IMG/VR virus record: IMGVR_UViG_3300033067_000249
Location: 1 to 28,786 of that record
Length of the DNA: 28,786 nucleotides
DNA from: a virus
Lineage: Duplodnaviria > Caudoviricetes
Reading direction: 5' to 3' (one strand)
Shown: positions 17,197-25,723 of the stretch, one piece after another
How the letters are laid out: the number at the start of each line of letters is the position of its first letter
How positions within the stretch are numbered: position 1 is the first letter of the stretch
The notes under the pieces: model-generated
Database searches by the model: none
Told to the model about the DNA's origin: nothing
What the model saw: the letters and a program-made list of their open reading frames with translations, nothing else
Program-made: the position numbers and the translations under genes

Positions 17197-17874
17197 ATGG
17201 AAAATATAATTGAAAGAACCGCAGCAGATATCAATGTTGCAATGAGCAGAGTATATGCTTATATGACCGGTGCAGTTATGACTAGTTTGCTAGTCAGTTA
17301 CTTTATCGGCTCTTCACCTGACCTTTTGAAATTCTTCTTCTCAGGTCCTCAAGCGTATATTGTTATGTTTTTGCCGTTGTTGTTTGTATTCTTTGTACCT
17401 ATGGCATTTGAAGCAGGGATTAGTAAATTCGCTTCCATCATAGTCTTGAATCTATTTGCAGCATTGATGGGATTAAGTTTTTCGCTAATGCTGACAAAGT
17501 TTACAGGGGCTAGTATCGTAACTGCATTTATGGGAACAGTTGTGTTGTTTGGTACTATGAGTGTTTATGGGTACTTCACAAAACGAAGCCTAGAAAGTAT
17601 GGGACAATACTTGATAATCGGTGTCATAGCATTGCTTATTGCGAGTATTATCAATCTTTTTATCGGTAGCACACTGATGCAAATGATTATAAGTGCTATA
17701 GCTATTGTGATATTTTTGGGTCTAACGGCATCCGATACTCAACAAATCCGTGAAGAAATAATGTATAATTATTCAGAGACTACCGAAGTTCGAGGTGCAC
17801 TAACATTGTATCTAGACTTCATCAATATTTTTATTAACCTTTTACAACTAACTGGAATTCGCAATGAAGAATAA
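17197..17874 (+). CDS. Bax inhibitor-1/YccA family membrane protein
   Basis: About 7 hydrophobic helices; MSRVYAYM, YGYFTKRSL, DTQQI and GALTLYLDFINIFINLLQL motifs. Confidence 0.93.
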   Translation: MENIIERTAADINVAMSRVYAYMTGAVMTSLLVSYFIGSSPDLLKFFFSGPQAYIVMFLPLLFVFFVPMAFEAGISKFASIIVLNLFAALMGLSFSLMLTKFTGASIVTAFMGTVVLFGTMSVYGYFTKRSLESMGQYLIIGVIALLIASIINLFIGSTLMQMIISAIAIVIFLGLTASDTQQIREEIMYNYSETTEVRGALTLYLDFINIFINLLQLTGIRNEE

Positions 17875-18790
17875 TTTATGGGTAGAGAAGTATCGCCCGA
17901 ACGCAGTATCAGACTATGTGTTTGTTGATGAACGACAAAAAGAACAAGTAGATGGTTGGATCAAACAGGGTGAAATCCCTCACTTGTTATTTTCAGGTGA
18001 TCCTGGTACTGGTAAAACTACACTAGCAAAGGTGCTGATTCACGAATTGAAAGTGGATGAGTATGATGTGTTAGAGATTAACGCATCACGTGAGAACTCA
18101 GTAGATACAGTACGTGACAAAATTAGCGGCTTTGTTCAAACAATGCCCTTTGGTAAGTTCAAGATTGTTTTGCTTGACGAGGCTGATTATCTATCACCTG
18201 CAGGTCAAGCTGCGTTGCGTAATGATATGGAAGCATATTCTATGACAGCACGTTTCATCTTGACTTGTAACTATGAGCATCGTGTTATCCCAGCATTGCG
18301 TGAATCACGTTGCCATAAGTTTCACATTGCTAAACCGGACAAGAATGAATACACTGCAAGAGCCGCAACAGTATTGGTGTCTGAAGGTATTGATTTTGAC
18401 TTAGATGTTTTAGACACATACGTAGGTGCTTGCTACCCAGACTTGCGTAAATGCTTGAATCAATTACAAGTAAATAGTAGTACAGGCAAATTATTGCCAC
18501 CGCAAAGTCAAGGTACTAGCGAAGATGATTTGCTATCTGATGCAACACAGTTGTTTAAGAACGGTAAAGTAACAGAAGGTCGTCAGCAACTATTGCAATA
18601 TTTGAGTTTGTATCCAAGTCGTATCGAGGACATCTATCGCTGGATGTACAACAACTTGGAACTATGGGGTAATACCCAAGAAAGAAAAGACGCTAGTATT
18701 ATCATTATTCGTAATGGTCTAGCTAATTTAAGTCTAGTGGGGATTCCAGAAATCAACCTAGCAGCTACAATGATTGAACTAACAGCATGA
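17864..18790 (+). CDS. Sliding-clamp loader AAA+ subunit (T4 gp44/RFC small-like)
   Basis: LWVEKYRP, Walker A GDPGTGKT, EINAS, Walker B LLDEAD, FILTCN, SRC motif. Confidence 0.95.
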   Translation: MKNNLWVEKYRPNAVSDYVFVDERQKEQVDGWIKQGEIPHLLFSGDPGTGKTTLAKVLIHELKVDEYDVLEINASRENSVDTVRDKISGFVQTMPFGKFKIVLLDEADYLSPAGQAALRNDMEAYSMTARFILTCNYEHRVIPALRESRCHKFHIAKPDKNEYTARAATVLVSEGIDFDLDVLDTYVGACYPDLRKCLNQLQVNSSTGKLLPPQSQGTSEDDLLSDATQLFKNGKVTEGRQQLLQYLSLYPSRIEDIYRWMYNNLELWGNTQERKDASIIIIRNGLANLSLVGIPEINLAATMIELTA

Positions 18791-19041
18791 GATATTTATT
18801 AATCACTTACGTAAAGAAACCTAACGGTCAAATCGATGAACAAGTTGAACTATCAACTAGAGTAAAAGACAAAGACCAGCAAATGTGTAATACTATTTTA
18901 GATTTTAAACGAAAACAAGTAGTAAAGTGTGTTATCGAAGGAAAAGTGTTGGCAACTGAATGGAGCCAAATTCGTGATTACTATAATCAGGTATACCCTG
19001 ATGTGATTCAACAGTTGGAAGAGCTTAATCCTACTGAATAA
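18787..19041 (+). CDS. Hypothetical protein, 84 aa
   Basis: ATGA overlap with the clamp loader; ends at a terminator. Confidence 0.8.
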   Translation: MRYLLITYVKKPNGQIDEQVELSTRVKDKDQQMCNTILDFKRKQVVKCVIEGKVLATEWSQIRDYYNQVYPDVIQQLEELNPTE

Positions 19042-19067
19042 AAAAGGGGCTTTAAGCCCCTTTTTTT
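19040..19067. terminator. Bidirectional rho-independent terminator
   Basis: AAAAAAGGGGC-TTTAA-GCCCCTTTTTTT between convergent genes. Confidence 0.93.
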
Positions 19068-19851
19068 AATTACCGTACAAGCGAAGTACGTGCTCAATAA
19101 TTCTATGTCGTTGAACATCTTTCAGTTCAAAGTTACATAGTTGCAACCCTGGAATCACCCCCTTCCCCAATCGATTTTGTAAGTCTAGTAGCCCATTGTC
19201 GGCTGTTTTTCTATCGGCTTGTTCAATGTCACCAGTAATTACAATCTTACTGTTAACGCCGATTCTAGTCATAATCATTTTGAGTTGACCAGGTGTTGCA
19301 TTTTGAGCTTCATCCAAAATTATCCAGCTGTTCTTAAAGTTTCGACCTCGACAGAATGCTAGGGGTGCAATTTCCACTATCTGTTCTTCTAGCATGTGGG
19401 CGATATCTGCGGCTGTATAATACTCTCTCAACACATCCATGAGTGGTCTTGTCCAAGGTTCCATCTTTTGATTGATATCACCTGGTAAGAACCCATGTTG
19501 TTCTTCCTCTACACCGATAGCAGGTCTAGACAAGATGATACGGTCAGTTTCACCTGCTTTGAGAGCCTTGATAGCGGCTAACATTGCAAGGTAAGTCTTT
19601 CCTGTACCAGCAGGTCCTCCAACCACAACAATATCAGTGTTTTGGTTGGTTAATGCCAGGATGTATTTTTCTTGATTGACAGATTTAGGGATAAGATTGA
19701 TAGGTTTCTTATCTAGTTTAAATCTTGCTTGGTCGAAGTTTATTGTTTTAGATTCCTTTGTGTAAAAAGTTTGATTATCTTGTTTTTTGCTGTGTGAGTA
19801 TCGTGTGTCTTGTTCCTGTTTGCGTAAAGCGCCTGTCTTTCGTTTGCTCAA
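19066..19851 (-). CDS. phoH: PhoH-like ATPase
   Basis: GPAGTGKTYLA, RPA, GFLPG, PLAFCRGR, ILDEAQN, TRIG, GDIEQ, DVQRH; TTG start with AGGAG SD. Confidence 0.96.
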   Translation of the reverse strand: MSKRKTGALRKQEQDTRYSHSKKQDNQTFYTKESKTINFDQARFKLDKKPINLIPKSVNQEKYILALTNQNTDIVVVGGPAGTGKTYLAMLAAIKALKAGETDRIILSRPAIGVEEEQHGFLPGDINQKMEPWTRPLMDVLREYYTAADIAHMLEEQIVEIAPLAFCRGRNFKNSWIILDEAQNATPGQLKMIMTRIGVNSKIVITGDIEQADRKTADNGLLDLQNRLGKGVIPGLQLCNFELKDVQRHRIIEHVLRLYGN

Positions 19852-19951
19852 AGTATTCTCCTATCGTAAGAGCTAAGTGCTGTGAACACTTAAAGATATT
19901 TAAAGGTTTGACCATTGCAGTAAGTAGCGTACTTTTAACACACAAAATTTT

Positions 19952-20017
19952 GATAAATATTAGGCTAACCCCAGTCATTTCACACTTTGCTCAAAGTCGT
20001 TCGACTAATGATAAATA
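19952..20017 (+). promoter_or_regulatory. Two tandem T4-type late promoter boxes
   Basis: GATAAATA at 19952-19959 and 20010-20017; the second is only 7 nt before ATG 20025. Confidence 0.7.
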
Positions 20018-20024
20018 CTAAACT

Positions 20025-20645
20025 ATGAGCAATCCATCAGACGAATTTTTCAAAAACATCGATTACCCAAGTATCATTGATACTATCAAGGGAGTCTATA
20101 CCAGCGACGGTATGATGAGCACACTACTAGACTTTGAACGTGTGTTAGACGAAGCAGATTTATACGCTTTCCAAAATTGGGAAATCGGGGAATTAGTATC
20201 TGGACCTAACATCAAACGCTACACTGTAGATTGTGTTTTCATGTATCCCTTCAAATTGATGCCAAATCCCAAGGGTGCGAAGCGTCTGTTAACTGTTGGA
20301 TGCAATGTTAAGTTCAAAAAGACAAAAATCAAATCACCTGTAAAAGTTGAGAATTCAGACGATTTTGTTCCAGGAACACATTATCCTAAGATGATTGAAC
20401 GTGAAGTTTGGTTGGTTATGATTGAGATGCCGAAAGAATTGATGGATGATATCCGTGAAGGTTCTATTGAATTGGCAGGACAAGATATTGACTTGGGTGA
20501 ATTAGACTCTGCATACGATGAAGATTTAGATAAAGAAAATACAGAAGACGAAGACCAAGACCAAGATATGGATCAAGGCATGGGACAAATGCCTGCAATG
20601 GATCAAGGCATGGGACAAATGCCTCCTCAAGGGGGAATGATGTAA
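20025..20645 (+). CDS. Hypothetical protein with an acidic, Met/Gln/Gly-rich tail
   Basis: 206 aa ORF; TAATG coupling to the next gene. Confidence 0.85.
   Translation: MSNPSDEFFKNIDYPSIIDTIKGVYTSDGMMSTLLDFERVLDEADLYAFQNWEIGELVSGPNIKRYTVDCVFMYPFKLMPNPKGAKRLLTVGCNVKFKKTKIKSPVKVENSDDFVPGTHYPKMIEREVWLVMIEMPKELMDDIREGSIELAGQDIDLGELDSAYDEDLDKENTEDEDQDQDMDQGMGQMPAMDQGMGQMPPQGGMM
20568..20624 (+). repeat. 27-bp in-frame repeat with a 30-nt period
   Basis: ATGGATCAAGGCATGGGACAAATGCCT at 20568-20594 and 20598-20624 (MDQGMGQMP twice). Confidence 0.92.
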
Positions 20646-21238
20646 TGGCTAAAATTCTTAAAGAAGGTCTAGACTATCTAGATTTAAAGGGGCAAATTAC
20701 CCCCGAGATGTCTGTAGACGAATATCAAGCACAAATGGGAAGCGATGATGAAATCATTACTTGTTCCTTTATCGTAAAAGGTAGTCAACCTGCTAATGAT
20801 TTAGTTGATTGGTTCGAAAAAGGTTACGACTGGATATTAGATTCACAAGTAAGTTCAGGTGAAATTACGTCAGGTAAATATATCGTATTCGTTGAGATGA
20901 ATCGTAGATTGAAAGCCCCTGAGCGAATCATTGAATTGCTCGAAGATTTAGAAACTTTAACTGGGCAACTTTTAGAAGAATGGTCAATTATCATTGATGG
21001 TGAAAAACACCAAGCAAATGTAGAATCTATTAAACCGTTCATGTGTTTAAGCCCGCAATCATATAGAGAGAAGAACAATATGGAAGTAGGCGACGACTCA
21101 CCTGATGAATCATCAGAAGATAAAAAATACGAAAAAGAATTAAGTGAGATGCGTGATGCAGCGGGACTACCTCACATCCCATCAACTAAAAAACCAGACG
21201 CATTATTAAGAGACTTTTTAGCAAAGGCAGGATTATAA
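20645..21238 (+). CDS. Hypothetical acidic protein, possibly head-associated
   Basis: N-terminal MAKILKEG; AAGL/KAGL motifs near the C-terminus. Confidence 0.8.
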   Translation: MAKILKEGLDYLDLKGQITPEMSVDEYQAQMGSDDEIITCSFIVKGSQPANDLVDWFEKGYDWILDSQVSSGEITSGKYIVFVEMNRRLKAPERIIELLEDLETLTGQLLEEWSIIIDGEKHQANVESIKPFMCLSPQSYREKNNMEVGDDSPDESSEDKKYEKELSEMRDAAGLPHIPSTKKPDALLRDFLAKAGL

Positions 21239-21239
21239 A

Positions 21240-21899
21240 ATGGCAACATTACTCGCAAAAAAATCAGGACCACAGGATAATGCTATCGCAACTGATGACG
21301 ACCATCACGAAGCGTTAGCAACTGATCCTTCAGTAGCATCGTTCCCGCAGGGAAGTTCATTCGGAGCATCAAATGGTTTCAACACAACAACAACCAATAC
21401 TTTCAGCACATCAACGACAACAACAGCAGGCGGTTTCGGATCTCCATCTGCAACAGGAGGCTTTGGGTCTACACCAGCAAGCGGAAGCTTTGGCGCTGCA
21501 AGCCAAAGCCCAGCAGCAACTAGCAATTTCGGATCAAATTCGAATGTTCAAGGATCAAACATGACACAACAAAATCAAGCAGAACTATTGAAGTCAGGTG
21601 GTGGCGCAATGAGTGAAGGTGGAGAATCTACTGTAGCACTAGACAAAGACGCAACAGATTGGATCAACAAGAAAATGCGTCCTATGATGGGATGGATTTA
21701 CATGTTGACTTGTACAGCAGACTTTGTTATCTTCCCAGTATTATGGTCATTGCTACAAGCATTGTCTCATGGACAAGTAACAAATCAATGGCAACCATTG
21801 ACATTGCAAGGCGCTGGATTGTACCACATTGCAATGGGTGCAGTTCTAGGTATCGCAGCATACGGTAGAACAAAAGAAAAGGTAGCCGGAGTCGCTTAA
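21240..21899 (+). CDS. Holin-like membrane protein (3TM/GTA-holin type) with a long low-complexity N-terminus
   Basis: C-terminal W...RPMMGWIY...TM...GAVLGIAAYGRTKEK pattern; AGGA SD. Confidence 0.65.
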   Translation: MATLLAKKSGPQDNAIATDDDHHEALATDPSVASFPQGSSFGASNGFNTTTTNTFSTSTTTTAGGFGSPSATGGFGSTPASGSFGAASQSPAATSNFGSNSNVQGSNMTQQNQAELLKSGGGAMSEGGESTVALDKDATDWINKKMRPMMGWIYMLTCTADFVIFPVLWSLLQALSHGQVTNQWQPLTLQGAGLYHIAMGAVLGIAAYGRTKEKVAGVA

Positions 21900-21905
21900 T
21901 AAATA

Positions 21906-21934
21906 TTGACTTAGCACACTAACTGTGCTACACT
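21906..21934 (+). promoter_or_regulatory. Sigma70-type promoter with extended -10 for dnaJ-clpA, embedded in an inverted repeat
   Basis: TTGACT-17 nt-TACACT with TG; ATG 21942 is near +1; a late box AATAAATA lies at 21898-21905. Confidence 0.75.
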
Positions 21935-21941
21935 CAATATT

Positions 21942-22748
21942 ATGACTGACCACTATCAAACATTGGGAGTAGCCAAAAACGCTACTCCCGACGACATTAA
22001 GAAAGCCTATCGCAGGCTCGCAGCAATTCATCACCCGGATAAGGGTGGTGATACTGCTGAATTTCAAAAGGTACAAGCTGCCTATGAAACACTAAGCGAC
22101 CCACAAAAGAAACAACAATACGACAACCCTAGCCCGTTTGGTCCTCAAGGACATCCAGGTGGCTTCCCCGGTGGATTCAGCTTTAGTATGAATGGGTTCG
22201 ACATGAATGATATTTTTGGGCAGATGTTCGGTGGAAGACCTCATAACGGTAGACCTCAACAACCAAGTTATCGTACAACAGTTTGGGTAACACTTGAACA
22301 AGTTTATTCGGGTGACGAACAAGTACTACAACTACAAGTAGGTGGAACTGCCCATACTGTTAAAATCACTATACCGCAGGGAATCACTAACGGGCAATCT
22401 ATGCGTTTTGATAACCTTATTAAAGATAGTATCTTGGTGGTAGAATTTAGAATCCAACCTCACCCTAGATTCCAACGTCATGGAAATGATTTGGTTTCAG
22501 AACAAGAAGTGAGTGTACTAGATTTAATTGCAGGTGGTGCATTCAAGTTCACTACAATTTCGGGTAAAGAACTCGATGTGACCATAAAGCAAGGGACTCA
22601 ACCTGGCTCACAGTTGCGTATCCAATCTGAGGGTATGATTTCGAGTTTCGGCAAAGGTGACCAATATATCTTGCTAAAAGGTGTGATACCTGCTATTATA
22701 GACACTAGCATCATTGATGCAATCAACAACATTAAATCAAAGGAATAA
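21942..22748 (+). CDS. dnaJ: DnaJ/CbpA-type co-chaperone (class B, no zinc finger)
   Basis: J-domain DHYQTLGV...IKKAYRRLA...HPD...AYETLSDP; G/F-rich linker; C-terminal domain. Confidence 0.95.
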   Translation: MTDHYQTLGVAKNATPDDIKKAYRRLAAIHHPDKGGDTAEFQKVQAAYETLSDPQKKQQYDNPSPFGPQGHPGGFPGGFSFSMNGFDMNDIFGQMFGGRPHNGRPQQPSYRTTVWVTLEQVYSGDEQVLQLQVGGTAHTVKITIPQGITNGQSMRFDNLIKDSILVVEFRIQPHPRFQRHGNDLVSEQEVSVLDLIAGGAFKFTTISGKELDVTIKQGTQPGSQLRIQSEGMISSFGKGDQYILLKGVIPAIIDTSIIDAINNIKSKE

Positions 22749-22751
22749 TAA

Positions 22752-25028
22752 GTGAACTCACCGGAAATCGAATCAATTATTGAACAGGCAGTTGAAAATG
22801 CGAAATCTCGCAGCCATGAGTACTGCACTGTTGAGCATTTGTTATTGTCTTTAATCACACATACTCCGTTTAACAAATGTCTCGCTGGGTTCGGTGTAGA
22901 TACTGAATTAATGGTAAAAGAAGTTACCCATTATATTGACAGCCTACATGCTATTAAGGCAAAAGTAGACCAAGGTCAAACAGTACAACCTAGAAAGACA
23001 AATGCACTTGAGCGTACTATGAATCGTAGCGTTACTCAGGTACTGTTCACTGGTCGTAAGGTTGTCACTACAATTGATTTGTATCTAAGTATCGCAAATG
23101 AAACTAACAGCCACGCACATTACTTCTTATTGAAGTACGGTGTGACTAAAGCAGAATTCGTACCTCATTGGCAGAAAACATACAAGGGTGCTGACATTAC
23201 TTCTAAGTTGAATGAGAGTCAAGCAGACGAAATTCTTGAGGAATACACAGTAAACTTAACTGAGTTGGCTCGTCAGAACAAACTTGAACCAATGATTGGT
23301 CGTAACTCCGAAGTTGAAGACATGGTAAATGTCTTAGCGAAACGTTTCAAGTCAAACGTATTGATGGTTGGTGATCCTGGTGTTGGTAAGACTGCGATTG
23401 TTGAAGGTCTTGCGCAACGTGTTGTGTCAGGCGAGATTCCTGATTTCTTGAAGGGTCATGAAGTATATGCTTTGGAAATCGGCAACCTTGTTGCAGGTTC
23501 AAAGTATCGCGGTGACTTCGAAGAAAAAGTTAAAGCAATTGTTGAAGCATTGAGCACCAAGAAAAAATCAATCTTGTTCATTGACGAAGCGCATACAATG
23601 AAGGGCGCTGGCTCTGCGAATAACAGTGGTCCCGACTTCGCTAACATGATTAAGCCTGCAATTACTAAGGGCAATTTGAAAGTTATCGCAAGTACAACTT
23701 GGGAAGAGTACTACGAATCATTCGAAAAGGATCGTGCATTGATGCGCCGATTCTACAGAATCTCAATTGATGAGCCAAGTCACGAATCAACTATTCGTAT
23801 TTTGAATGGGTTGAGTACACGCTTGAACGAATTCCATGATGTTGAAATCACTGAGGAAGCAATTGTTGCGGCAGTTGATAGTTCTACCCGTTACATGCAT
23901 GACCGTAAGAACCCAGACAAGTCAATCGACTTGTTAGATGCTGCTTGTGCGAAACAACGTGTGTCTGGTGTTAAAGGTGTCTTGATTACTAAAGACATGA
24001 TTTTTGACCAAGTTGAGCGTATTGCAGGTGTTCCCGCAGATAAATTGAAAGACGATAACTACGAACGAATTCAAACACTTGAAGCTAACGTGAAAGATAA
24101 GTTGTTTGGTCAAGCAGAAACTGTTGACAAAGTATTGGATCGAATCTATGTGTCCTATGCAGGTATCGGTACACAGACTAAGCCAATGGCAAGTTTCTTG
24201 TTCTTAGGACCAACTGGTACAGGTAAGACTGAACTTGCACGTTTGCTGAGTAAGAACTTAGATATGCCTCTAGTGAAGTATGACATGAGTGAGTACTCTG
24301 AGAAATTCAGTGTGTCAGCATTGCTCGGTGCTCCCCCTGGATACGTTGGCTTCGGTGAAGGTAACTTGGGTGGCGGTCGTTTAATTAACGACTTGAGTAA
24401 GAACCCTCATTCAATTCTATTATTTGATGAAGTTGAAAAGGCTCATCCGGATATCTTTAACATCTTCTTGCAATTGCTTGACGAAGGTAAAGTCACTGGT
24501 TCAAACGGCAAAGAAGTCAATGCTAAAAACTGTATTGTAATTTTGACTAGTAACTTGGGTAGTGCTGATAGTGAACGCAGTATGATTGGCTTCGGCAACA
24601 CTGAGAAGACCGGTGAAGATGACAAAGCGTTGAAAGAATTCTTTAAACCTGAATTTAGAAACCGTCTCGATTTAGTCTGCAAGTTCAACAAACTTGATAG
24701 TCTGGCTATTAAGAAAATCGTAGTTAAGTTCACTACCGACTTGAAGAAGTCATTGATGGACACGCATGATATCACATTGAACTTGAGCGAACCAGTAATT
24801 GATTTGCTTGCAGAGAAGGGTTACGATAGCAAGATGGGCGCACGTCCTCTAGCACGTAAGATTGATGAATTGATTCGTGTACCTCTTTCTAAGAAAATCT
24901 TGTTTGAGCGTATCAAATCTAGCACAATCAATGTCAATGTCGGATCCGATGATGAATTCGCATTCGATGTTCAACAAAAGCTAACAGCAGAAGTAGGCGA
25001 AGATGGGATTATTAAAGTCAGCGAGTAA
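22752..25028 (+). CDS. clpA: ClpA-like AAA+ unfoldase
   Basis: Clp N-domain (HEYCTVEHLLL); GDPGVGKT/FIDEAH and GPTGTGKT/LFDEVEK; IGF loop; MGARPL; no ClpB M-domain; GTG start with AAGGA SD. Confidence 0.93.
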   Translation: MNSPEIESIIEQAVENAKSRSHEYCTVEHLLLSLITHTPFNKCLAGFGVDTELMVKEVTHYIDSLHAIKAKVDQGQTVQPRKTNALERTMNRSVTQVLFTGRKVVTTIDLYLSIANETNSHAHYFLLKYGVTKAEFVPHWQKTYKGADITSKLNESQADEILEEYTVNLTELARQNKLEPMIGRNSEVEDMVNVLAKRFKSNVLMVGDPGVGKTAIVEGLAQRVVSGEIPDFLKGHEVYALEIGNLVAGSKYRGDFEEKVKAIVEALSTKKKSILFIDEAHTMKGAGSANNSGPDFANMIKPAITKGNLKVIASTTWEEYYESFEKDRALMRRFYRISIDEPSHESTIRILNGLSTRLNEFHDVEITEEAIVAAVDSSTRYMHDRKNPDKSIDLLDAACAKQRVSGVKGVLITKDMIFDQVERIAGVPADKLKDDNYERIQTLEANVKDKLFGQAETVDKVLDRIYVSYAGIGTQTKPMASFLFLGPTGTGKTELARLLSKNLDMPLVKYDMSEYSEKFSVSALLGAPPGYVGFGEGNLGGGRLINDLSKNPHSILLFDEVEKAHPDIFNIFLQLLDEGKVTGSNGKEVNAKNCIVILTSNLGSADSERSMIGFGNTEKTGEDDKALKEFFKPEFRNRLDLVCKFNKLDSLAIKKIVVKFTTDLKKSLMDTHDITLNLSEPVIDLLAEKGYDSKMGARPLARKIDELIRVPLSKKILFERIKSSTINVNVGSDDEFAFDVQQKLTAEVGEDGIIKVSE

Positions 25029-25722
25029 CGTTCAAGGTGTAGACCTTATCGATTATCGAGACCAGCTATACTATAACAAATACGAATATCGTGCACGGGT
25101 ATCTGTGGAAGGTTTGCGTAGGGGTTATTACTGGACACCTGAAGAATTCGAGCATCGCTACAATACTGGAAAACTATGGGGCAAGCCAGGAAAAGAAGAG
25201 GCTTCGGTCATCAAAGCAAACATGCTAGATATCAAAACATGTTTACAATTCAGAGAAGACCATAAGAAGGACAAGACAGTTACGATTCGACTGGAAGGTA
25301 ACACTATGGCAGTCTTTCATAACGACTTAGCTTTCTTACATAAAAACTTTGATGGTATTGTGGGTGCAACAGTTGATTATACTCAAGTTGAAACTTCTAG
25401 TTTCGCTGGTATCAAGACTTTTGTAAATGAACCAAAACACCAATATCGTGTTTATTTCAGAAGCAAAAAAGTACCTGATACTTTCAGGGAAAGTGTTTCT
25501 AAGATTTTAGAAGCTAACAAGAACTTGCGAGCCGGACCAGCATTCAAAGAATGGTTGAAAGATAAAAATCCTTCAGGATGGCGTTCTTGGTATCGTAACT
25601 ATCTAAGTTCTAATTATTTCATCGATTATAACGAGGAAAGCTATCTAAGTTACTTTGCGTTAGTTCACGGAGACTACTTAGGTAAAAAGTACAAATTAGA
25701 GAAACGAGCCGATACTGTGTAA
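25003..25722 (+). CDS. Hypothetical protein, 239 aa, aromatic and basic
   Basis: Long ORF overlapping the end of clpA; no family recognised. Confidence 0.8.
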   Translation: MGLLKSASNVQGVDLIDYRDQLYYNKYEYRARVSVEGLRRGYYWTPEEFEHRYNTGKLWGKPGKEEASVIKANMLDIKTCLQFREDHKKDKTVTIRLEGNTMAVFHNDLAFLHKNFDGIVGATVDYTQVETSSFAGIKTFVNEPKHQYRVYFRSKKVPDTFRESVSKILEANKNLRAGPAFKEWLKDKNPSGWRSWYRNYLSSNYFIDYNEESYLSYFALVHGDYLGKKYKLEKRADTV

Positions 25723-25723
25723 A

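Noticed and set aside
17197-17874. Eukaryotic origin suggested by Bax inhibitor, RFC-like, AT-hook and FG-repeat features
   Set aside because: SD sites, operon coupling and tail genes show a bacteriophage; YccA and gp44-type loaders are ordinary in bacteria and phages
19758-20021. ORFs 19758-20021 (+) and 19775-19978 (-)
   Set aside because: They overlap phoH and the divergent regulatory region, have atypical composition and lack an SD
19852-20024. tRNA or known structured ncRNA in the largest intergenic gap
   Set aside because: No cloverleaf; the GTTCGA at 19999-20004 lacks the surrounding tRNA arms
20568-20624. Direct repeats as a mini-CRISPR or DGR repeat pair (also 10084-10212)
   Set aside because: Only two in-frame copies within coding sequence; no spacer series, adenine-specific mismatches, cas gene or reverse transcriptase
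21911-21931. Canonical CIRCE element
   Set aside because: The spacer is 6 nt too short and the inner bases differ; kept only as an unexplained inverted repeat
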